DNA from: Nitrosomonadales bacterium
GTDB taxonomy: Bacteria; Pseudomonadota; Gammaproteobacteria; Burkholderiales; Gallionellaceae
Reading direction: 5' to 3'
Assembly (NCBI GenBank): GCA_016195965.1
Contig: JACPYR010000027.1
Coordinates: forward strand, 513 to 64,512
DNA: 64,000 nt
Below, piece after piece: positions 1-6,719 of the stretch. How positions within the stretch are numbered: the first letter of the stretch is position 1; every line of letters begins with the position of its first letter. Position numbers and translations under genes: made by a program. The notes under the pieces are model-generated. The model was not told the origin of the DNA and did not search any database. It saw only the letters and a program-made list of their open reading frames with translations.

Positions 1-441
1 ATCCCCGCGTCTGATATGGATGCAAAGATAGTCATCGCCACCAGAAATCTGATGGCATTCTTCAATAATGGAAGATGCAATCGGAAAAAGTTTTTTGATA
101 GCTTGCTGGCGCAAAGCCTCAATTGCCAATGCAAACTTTTCGGGCCCATCTAAAATGACATGGTGTTTCTTCAGCTTGAAAAAAGATTTTTCGAATGTCT
201 TGGTAGCAAACCCTGCAAAAGGTAGTCCATATTCTTCGAGCTCGTAATTCCAAAGAGATATTTCACCCATATTGCCAACGGGGGCGATTTTTGCGGGCTG
301 TTTGAAGTAATCCATATCCGCGTATACGGTGTGGCCCTTACTCTTCAGATGATAGTAGATGGCGGCACTGAAAATTTGTGCTCCAAGTCCGCCGGTAAAT
401 GTGACGGCCGTTTCTGGAAATTGCTGTGCATTTATGTTCAT
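1..441 (-). CDS. GT11 alpha-1,2-fucosyltransferase-like protein (5' part; runs off window start)
   Basis: Not in the ORF track. Hand translation from ATG at 441 gives MNINAQQFPETAVTFTGGLGAQIFSAA...YLCIHIRRGD, matching the GT11 motifs GGLG(N)Q and HxRRGD. Confidence 0.8.
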   Translation of the reverse strand, partial: MNINAQQFPETAVTFTGGLGAQIFSAAIYYHLKSKGHTVYADMDYFKQPAKIAPVGNMGEISLWNYELEEYGLPFAGFATKTFEKSFFKLKKHHVILDGPEKFALAIEALRQQAIKKLFPIASSIIEECHQISGGDDYLCIHIRRGD

Positions 442-448
442 TTGGATT

Positions 449-1291
449 TCAAACAGAGGCGTCGTACATATCCCTTTTGACATACCAATCATCAAAGAGG
501 GAAAGCGCTTCAAGCTTTCGTACGTAGCCTTTGGATATGAGTAAACTGTATATTTTTTCTCTATTGGGTGTGTGGTTGTGCTCGACGGTTATGATTCGAA
601 TATCATAAGCGTCGAAATCGAAGGCCTGCAGTATTTCAAATTCAGATCCCTCGGTATCGATGGAAAGATAATCAATCGTGGTGGGGGCGTTATGCTGCTT
701 CAGCAGATCGTTCAAGGATATGGTTTCAACCTGATAATCAACCCCGGTTTCTATTCTTGCAGATGAGTGACCGTCGGACTCAGTGTAATGCCCGATGGTT
801 GAGAGTTCGGCGGCGCCGACCACTTCTTTAAAGGTGAGCACATCACCGGTCTTGTTCCACACGCACCTGGATTCAATAAGGCTATTTCTGTTGTTCTTTA
901 AATTTTGTTGCCAGCAACGAGCTGGCTCAGCGAGTATGCCGGTCCAGCCGAAAGTTTTTTCAAGGGTGTAACTATTGCTCATGTTGACGCCATCCGTAGC
1001 GCCAAAATCTACAAAAAAACCACCGCGTTTGTCCTGCAACATGAATTGAACAAATAAATCCTGAAAAATTTGCGAGTGGGATTTATACATATTATCTGCG
1101 CAATATTTTAAAAAACGCCAATCTTCTCGAAATTCCTTGGGGTTGGATTGAGAAGAGGCGTTACGAAAGCTCATCAACGCTTTTAATATGTTTACTTCAA
1201 CAGGCTCTGGAGGCTTGATACCGAAGGCTCTTAAAACCTCCTTCTTCCAGCTTGGCAAAGGTGCAGGGTCAGATTCGGATTTAAATTTCAT
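449..1291 (-). CDS. FkbM family SAM-dependent methyltransferase
   Basis: SQIFQDLFV, FFVDFGATDG..SNS, LAEP, IDYLSIDTEGSE, IITVEHN motifs. Confidence 0.9.
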   Translation of the reverse strand: MKFKSESDPAPLPSWKKEVLRAFGIKPPEPVEVNILKALMSFRNASSQSNPKEFREDWRFLKYCADNMYKSHSQIFQDLFVQFMLQDKRGGFFVDFGATDGVNMSNSYTLEKTFGWTGILAEPARCWQQNLKNNRNSLIESRCVWNKTGDVLTFKEVVGAAELSTIGHYTESDGHSSARIETGVDYQVETISLNDLLKQHNAPTTIDYLSIDTEGSEFEILQAFDFDAYDIRIITVEHNHTPNREKIYSLLISKGYVRKLEALSLFDDWYVKRDMYDASV

Positions 1292-1356
1292 TGATTTTTC
1301 GATTAAAGAATGATGGATTTTGAAAGGGGAGGCGGCGCGGATTATTATAATCGCTG

Positions 1357-2247
1357 TTAGGTTAAGCGCCGCAAAACGCGACTTTTAAAAGTTCGCGCAA
1401 ATTCGGAGAGCACCCGCTTCTTATAGCCGTATTCCATTTTTCTGTCCCAGGCCGATTGAACCACGACGCCCAGAAAGACTTGTGCTAACAGTTCGTCATT
1501 CTCTCCGGCTTGTTTAGCTTCGCGATACTGGTGTTCGTAATGATAACAACGGAACAGCGTTTCGACGGGCCATAATTCAATGGACTGGAACTTTAACAAG
1601 GCTTCGCCATACCAGCGCATTTCCGCAGGGAAGAGCTTCATCGCATCGTAGAAATTCATGCCGCGCGGAGTTAGAAATTTTTCAGCCAGATCAGACCAGA
1701 CGCGGCGGCTCCACACCACCGGCAGGGGGCCGAATTCATAGGGCCGGCCGGTGCGTTCAAAGATGTCCATGATGGTCTGGCAATCGTTGTCGATATTGCG
1801 GATGATTTCCGCATGACGATGCAGCGCGCCGAACAGGCGCAGCTCCATGCTTTCGTTCATCACGGTATAAGGCTTGCCGTCGGGCGTCAGGAAGTCTGAC
1901 TTGCCAAAGTCGCGGATGAAATAGGAGTCCGAATCCAAACACAGGTAATTTTCGCAAATGCCCAGACGCCAGAATTCCGCCTTGACGATTTGCTGGGATA
2001 TCACGCCGGGGAGATCATCGATCGCCTTCTGGTCGAGGACAGAATTCGCCGCGATAATTTCTTCGTCCTGCAAAAAGATCACCCCTTCGTTACCGATGGT
2101 GTCCTTGAACAACTGCAGATCGGCAGCCGGGCAGGAAAGATAAAACGGCAGCTTGTGGATATTGAAGCGGCGTATGCTTGCGGCGAGCCGTGCCGCGCGT
2201 TTCAGATCGCGGCGGTAGGACTTGCAGTACAGAACGATGTTTTCCAT
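1357..2247 (-). CDS. DUF6492-like putative glycosyltransferase (GT-A-like)
   Basis: Likely start MENIVLYCKSY at 2247, just after the GT4 stop. SQQIVKAEFW and YLCLDSD (DxD) motifs; polysaccharide-cluster context. Confidence 0.65.
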   Translation of the reverse strand: MENIVLYCKSYRRDLKRAARLAASIRRFNIHKLPFYLSCPAADLQLFKDTIGNEGVIFLQDEEIIAANSVLDQKAIDDLPGVISQQIVKAEFWRLGICENYLCLDSDSYFIRDFGKSDFLTPDGKPYTVMNESMELRLFGALHRHAEIIRNIDNDCQTIMDIFERTGRPYEFGPLPVVWSRRVWSDLAEKFLTPRGMNFYDAMKLFPAEMRWYGEALLKFQSIELWPVETLFRCYHYEHQYREAKQAGENDELLAQVFLGVVVQSAWDRKMEYGYKKRVLSEFARTFKSRVLRRLT

Positions 2248-2248
2248 T

Positions 2249-3565
2249 TTAACGAACAGCAGGACGTTTGATGGCGTTGGCGAGAGCGAAAATTTGTCGC
2301 GTGGATGACTCGACCGTATAAGGCGATGCCTTTCCAGAGTCGGCCAGATCGTCCTTGATCCAGCGCGCATACAGTTCCTCCAAGGCTGAGGCTATCGAGT
2401 CAACGTCATCTGCCGGCACAGCCCAGTGCCCGAGTTCGCGCAGAATGCGTTCCATCTGCGGATTGCGCCAGACCAGCGCCAGTATCGGCCGCTGTGTCCA
2501 GAGATATTCGTACATTTTGGAAGGAAAATATTGTTCGCAGAATGGAACCGTGCCGTGCAATAGCAACAAACAATCGGCGGCGTTCATGCGCTTCAGCACT
2601 TGATCGCGACCGCTCTCCCCCGTCTTGGGGTCGGTCTCGATACGGCCAAACTGCTCGATCATCGAAGGATAAGGAAACTCTCGCAACGCGCGTGCAGAAA
2701 TGGAATCGACTCCGCCTCCGTAGATATGCAGCCGGGTTTGTTCCGCGCGTTGCGGGTTTGCGTCTATGAATTTGCGCAGGCCCTGCATGAATATTTCCAG
2801 ATTGCGCGTTTTTGCCAGCGATCCGAAATAGCCTATGACCAGATGCTTGCCGCGTCGGTAGGGTGTGCGCGTGAATTCGGGCGCATTGCCGCCTGGAATA
2901 ATGCAATGACCGCGCTCGCCCAGCTCTGGATGCCGCGCCTTGGCCCGCGCCAAGGCTTCTTCGGTAAACCATACCGCCACATCGGCGTGCTTGCAGATTT
3001 TTCCCTCCAGCCAGGTCGAGAAGCGTATGCGCATCTTATTGGTGGTCTGCCCCTCAAAAATCATCGGGTCATAAATTTCGGCGACCCACGGCAGACCGAA
3101 GCGGAGCTTCAGCCAATAGGCAGTCAAGTGCGCCGCATAAGCCCCGCCAGCCGAATAAATCACATCGGGCTTGCGCGTTCGCAGGATACGCAGACAGCAG
3201 AAATAGGCGGTGATGGCCCATGACCAGCTGGTTTCGATGCGGATAAAAATCTTTTCGATAATATAGAAAGGCAGCAGCGCCAAAGAAATAGCGAGCATCA
3301 CAATCCGGTACAGGATGCGTGAAGAAATGCGCAGCCGCAGGTAGTGGCGCAAATCGAAGCGCAAGGCCACGGGCAGGGCAGGCAGGACCTGATGATGTTC
3401 CACGATCTTATCCTTGGTTCCCAGTGCGCCGCTGACCACGATCGGCTCTATGCCCAGATTGAGAAAATGCGGGATCTTGTCGGTGATGGCCTGGCTGGCG
3501 GCCCGCCCGTCCATATTGAAGGCGTGCGCGAGCACCAGCCAGACCTGTTTGTTGCCGTTGTTCAT
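2249..3565 (-). CDS. Glycosyltransferase, GT4/GT-B fold
   Basis: PDVIYS, GLPWVAEIYDP, GYFGSL...RN, ADCLLL...FPSKMYEYL..RPILA motifs. Confidence 0.85.
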   Translation of the reverse strand: MNNGNKQVWLVLAHAFNMDGRAASQAITDKIPHFLNLGIEPIVVSGALGTKDKIVEHHQVLPALPVALRFDLRHYLRLRISSRILYRIVMLAISLALLPFYIIEKIFIRIETSWSWAITAYFCCLRILRTRKPDVIYSAGGAYAAHLTAYWLKLRFGLPWVAEIYDPMIFEGQTTNKMRIRFSTWLEGKICKHADVAVWFTEEALARAKARHPELGERGHCIIPGGNAPEFTRTPYRRGKHLVIGYFGSLAKTRNLEIFMQGLRKFIDANPQRAEQTRLHIYGGGVDSISARALREFPYPSMIEQFGRIETDPKTGESGRDQVLKRMNAADCLLLLHGTVPFCEQYFPSKMYEYLWTQRPILALVWRNPQMERILRELGHWAVPADDVDSIASALEELYARWIKDDLADSGKASPYTVESSTRQIFALANAIKRPAVR

Positions 3566-3685
3566 ATTTGCTTCTCGCCCGAATGGGAGATGACGCGAGG
3601 GTTAAGCGATGGATGGGGGTTTTTCATCGAATCAATATAAAAATCTGTTACGCTATTTTACAGATAAACACGGCGGGATGACGCG

Positions 3686-4507
3686 ATGGCGATTTATGCG
3701 GTGGGCGATGTGCAGGGCTGCCATGCGGAGCTGGCGCAGTTGCTGGATCAAATTGCCTTCGATCCGGCGCAGGACCGGCTGTGGCTGGTCGGTGACCTGG
3801 TGAATCGCGGGCCGGACTCGCTGGAGGTGTTGCGTCTGGTCAAATCGCTGGGCGACAGCGCGATCACCGTGCTCGGCAACCATGACCTGCATCTGCTCGC
3901 TGTTGCGGCAGGCGTGGCGGAACTGCACCATAGCGATACGCTGGACGAAATACTCGGCGCACCGGATCGAGACGAGCTGCTGGACTGGCTGCGCAACCAG
4001 CGCCTGCTGCATGCGCAAGACGGCTACGTGCTGGTACATGCCGGATTGCTGCCGCAATGGAGCGTGGCGCAGGCTGCAAGCCTGGCGCGCGAAGTCGAGG
4101 CGGCGTTGCGTGCCGACGATTATGCGACCTTTCTTGCGCGCATGTACGGCAATGCCCCGCATCACTGGGACGACAGCCTGTCCGGCTACAAACGCCTGCG
4201 GGTGATCGTCAACGCGTTCACGCGGATGCGTATCTGCACCAAAGAAGGCGGGATGGAATTCAGGTTCAAGGGCGAAGTGGAGCATATCCCTGCGGGATAC
4301 CAGCCCTGGTTCGATATCCCCAAACGGGCCAGCCGCGAGGCTACCGTCATCTTCGGCCACTGGTCGGCGCTGGGTTTGAAGATCATGCCCAACATCATCG
4401 CGTTGGATACCGGCTGCCTGTGGGGCGGGCCGATGAGCGCGCTCAGGCTGTCAGACCGGCAACTCTATCAGGTGAGCTGCAGGAATCCGGTGGCGAAACA
4501 TTGGTGA
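3686..4507 (+). CDS. apaH: Symmetrical bis(5'-nucleosyl)-tetraphosphatase
   Basis: MAIYAVGDVQGC, GDLVNRGPDS, LGNHDLHLL, FGHWSALG, LDTGCLWGG. Confidence 0.97.
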   Translation: MAIYAVGDVQGCHAELAQLLDQIAFDPAQDRLWLVGDLVNRGPDSLEVLRLVKSLGDSAITVLGNHDLHLLAVAAGVAELHHSDTLDEILGAPDRDELLDWLRNQRLLHAQDGYVLVHAGLLPQWSVAQAASLAREVEAALRADDYATFLARMYGNAPHHWDDSLSGYKRLRVIVNAFTRMRICTKEGGMEFRFKGEVEHIPAGYQPWFDIPKRASREATVIFGHWSALGLKIMPNIIALDTGCLWGGPMSALRLSDRQLYQVSCRNPVAKHW

Positions 4508-4519
4508 GGCCGAATGAAT

Positions 4520-4548
4520 TTGTCAGCGCGCATTCTTTCAAGGATAAT
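4520..4548 (+). promoter_or_regulatory. Putative sigma70 promoter of the gcv leader
   Basis: TTGTCA (4520-4525), 17-nt spacer, GATAAT (4543-4548), just upstream of aptamer 1. Confidence 0.6.
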
Positions 4549-4566
4549 GCGCCCTGCCGTTCAAAC

Positions 4567-4657
4567 CTATGGGAGAGCGTGTCAGCAGCAACGTTATAGC
4601 GATGCCGACACCGCCGAAGGCGCAACACCCGCAACCGCTCAGGCTCACGAACCATAG
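4567..4657 (+). ncRNA. Glycine riboswitch aptamer 1
   Basis: P1 CTATGG/CCATAG; conserved GGAGAG, CCGAAGG.GCAA and CTCAGG motifs; upstream of gcvT. Confidence 0.93.
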
Positions 4658-4667
4658 ACACAGGCAA

Positions 4668-4843
4668 ATCTGGAGAGCGTCAGAATCAGACATTAGTCGT
4701 TAGACGCTAGCTGTTAGTAAAAGCAAAGCCCGCGAAGCGGACAGCGCAACTAACAACTAGGAACTAGCTTCTAGCGACTGGTTGACTGACCACCGAAGGG
4801 GCACGCAACGCGAGTTGTAATCTCTCAGGTACCAAGGACAGAT
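4668..4843 (+). ncRNA. Glycine riboswitch aptamer 2 with unusually long P2 (4679-4790)
   Basis: P1 ATCTG/CAGAT; GGAGAG, CACCGAAGGGGCA, CTCTCAGG and AAGGACAG motifs. Confidence 0.93.
4693..4781. repeat. Inverted 7-mer tandem-repeat element, copy A (inside riboswitch P2)
   Basis: TTAGTCG TTAGACG CTAGCTG TTAGTAA, then CGCGAAGCG, then CAACTAA CAACTAG GAACTAG CTTCTAG CGACTGG. Confidence 0.85.
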
Positions 4844-4844
4844 G

Positions 4845-4877
4845 GGGCGCACACGATTTCGTGCTGCGCCCTTTTTT
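4845..4877 (+). terminator. Intrinsic terminator (riboswitch expression platform)
   Basis: GGGCGCACACGA-TT-TCGTG(C)TGCGCCC stem followed by TTTTTT, abutting the aptamer 2 P1. Confidence 0.85.
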
Positions 4878-4886
4878 ATTGCTGCG

Positions 4887-5036
4887 TGATGCCTTTAGAA
4901 ATTTATTTTTTCGGGATGGAGCGCAAGGAGCCGCGCAGCGAATGATGAGACAACACGCCACATATCTGACTGGACGAAGAATGAGCGAGCACGCGACACA
5001 GCGATTCGCCCGAAAAATGAATTAATAAAGGTATCA
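4887..5036. repeat. 150-bp palindromic MITE/RPE-like element in the gcvT 5' leader
   Basis: Imperfect terminal inverted repeats TGATGCCTTTAGAAATTTATTTTTTCGGG and CCCGAAAAATGAATTAATAAAGGTATCA. Confidence 0.6.
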
Positions 5037-5038
5037 AC

Positions 5039-6121
5039 ATGACTCTGAAACAGACTCCGCTCAATGCAGCACACCGCGCGATGGGCGCAAAGATGGTCGA
5101 TTTTGGCGGCTGGGACATGCCGGTCAATTACGGCTCGTAGATCGAGGAACATCACCAGGTGCGCAACGATTGCGGCATGTTCGACGTGTCGCACATGCGC
5201 GCCGTGGACATCAAGGGTAATGGTGTGCGCGGCTTTCTGCGTTATCTGCTGGCTAACAATGTGGACAAGCTCACACAGCCGGGCAAGGCGCTGTATTCCA
5301 CGATGTTGCTGGAAAACGGCGGCGTGATCGACGACCTGATCGTGTATTTCATGAACGAGACCTGGTTCCGCATCGTCGTGAACGCGGGCACCGCAGACAA
5401 GGACATCGCCTGGATGAAACAGCAGGCCGCAAAACATGCTCCGGGACTGGACATCGCCGACCATCCCGAGCTGGCGATGATCGCCGTGCAGGGGCCGAAC
5501 GCGCGCGCGAAAGTCTGGGAAGCGCTGCCCGGCAGCAAAGAATTGACCGAAAACCTGATCCCGTTCAGCGCGGCGGAGATGGGTGCGATGTTCATCGCAC
5601 GCACCGGCTACACCGGCGAGGACGGCTTCGAGGTGATGATGCCCGCGAAGGCCGCGCCGATGTTCTGGGCGACGCTGGCCGAAAAAGGCGTAAAGCCGAT
5701 CGGCCTGGGCGCACGCGACACCTTGCGCCTGGAAGCCGGGATGAATCTGTATGGCCAGGACATGGACGAAACCATCAATCCGCTGGAGGCCGGGCTGGCC
5801 TGGACGGTGGACTTGAAGAACGAACGCGACTTCATCGGCAAGGCTGCCCTGCTGGCGAATCCGCCGCAGCGCAAGCTGGTCGGTCTGATCCTGCAGGACA
5901 GGGGCGTGTTGCGAGGCCATCAAGTGGTGCATACTGCGCATGGCGCTGGCGAAATCACCAGCGGCAGTTTTTCGCCTACGCTGGAAAAATCCATCGCGCT
6001 GGCGCGCGTGCCCAAAGCGGTGCAAGTCGGCGATCAGGTGCAGGTCGCGATCCGCGATAAAATGCTTGCCGCACAGGTGGTGAAGTATCCGTTCGCGCGC
6101 AATGGCAAAAGCTGTCTGTAG
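5039..6121 (+). pseudogene. gcvT: Glycine cleavage aminomethyltransferase GcvT, interrupted by an in-frame TAG at 5138-5140
   Basis: ATG 5039 reads [52 protein letters not shown]. The rest is intact ([24 protein letters not shown]). Gene identity is certain; pseudogene versus base-call error is not. Confidence 0.75.
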
Positions 6122-6208
6122 ACGTTAGTCGCTAGTTAAAAACAAAATTACGCGCAGCGACAACCTCAACTAACGACTAGCAACTAACGACTAATAACTA
6201 TCGACTAA
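6118..6208. repeat. Inverted 7-mer tandem-repeat element, copy B (gcvT-gcvH spacer)
   Basis: GTAGACG TTAGTCG CTAGTTA, then CGCGCAGCG, then CAACTAA CGACTAG CAACTAA CGACTAA TAACTAT CGACTAA. Confidence 0.9.
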
Positions 6209-6220
6209 AAGGAGATTTGA

Positions 6221-6610
6221 ATGAGCAATCCAGCAAACCTTAAATACACAGCTTCCCACGAATGGGTCAAGACCGAGGCAGACGGCACGGTCAGTATCGG
6301 CATCACCCAGCATGCCCAGGAATTGCTGGGCGACATGGTGTTCGTCGAAACGCCCGCAGTGGGCCGTAAGCTCAAGGCGAAAGAGGAATGCGCCGTGGTC
6401 GAATCGGTGAAGGCCGCCGCCGACGTGTATGCGCCGGTGGGTGGCGTGGTCACCGCGGTGAACAGCGAACTGGACAGTTCCCCCGAGGCGATCAACTCCG
6501 ATCCTTACGGCGCCTGGATGTTCAAGATGAAGCCGGACAACGCAGCCGATGTCGCGGCGCTGATGGATGCCAAGGCTTATCAGGCCGTAGTCGATAACGA
6601 AGCACACTAA
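6221..6610 (+). CDS. gcvH: Glycine cleavage H protein
   Basis: [31 protein letters not shown] (lipoyl Lys); RBS AAGGAG. Confidence 0.98.
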   Translation: MSNPANLKYTASHEWVKTEADGTVSIGITQHAQELLGDMVFVETPAVGRKLKAKEECAVVESVKAAADVYAPVGGVVTAVNSELDSSPEAINSDPYGAWMFKMKPDNAADVAALMDAKAYQAVVDNEAH

Positions 6611-6613
6611 AGC

Positions 6614-6719
6614 CAGGATTGAGGACTCAGGATCGAGGATCGAGAAAACCATTTCTTTGATCCTCACCCGGAGTCCTCCCCGTCCTTGCGCAATCCTCAA
6701 TCCCAGATCCTCAATCCTA
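6614..6719. repeat. Inverted 7-mer tandem-repeat element with a different unit (gcvH-gcvP spacer)
   Basis: CAGGATT GAGGACT CAGGATC GAGGATC versus GATCCTC..AGTCCTC..AATCCTC AATCCCA GATCCTC AATCCTA. Confidence 0.85.

Noticed and set aside
5138-5140. Genome-wide TAG recoding (code 15 or pyrrolysine) as the explanation of the gcvT stop
   Set aside because: Several genes here end at TAG at their expected C-termini (gcvT itself, fructosamine kinase, fmt), and no other internal TAG or pyl gene was seen.
4693-6719. Repeat arrays as CRISPR
   Set aside because: Units are 7 nt, tandem and inverted, with no 23-47-bp direct repeats, unique spacers or cas genes.
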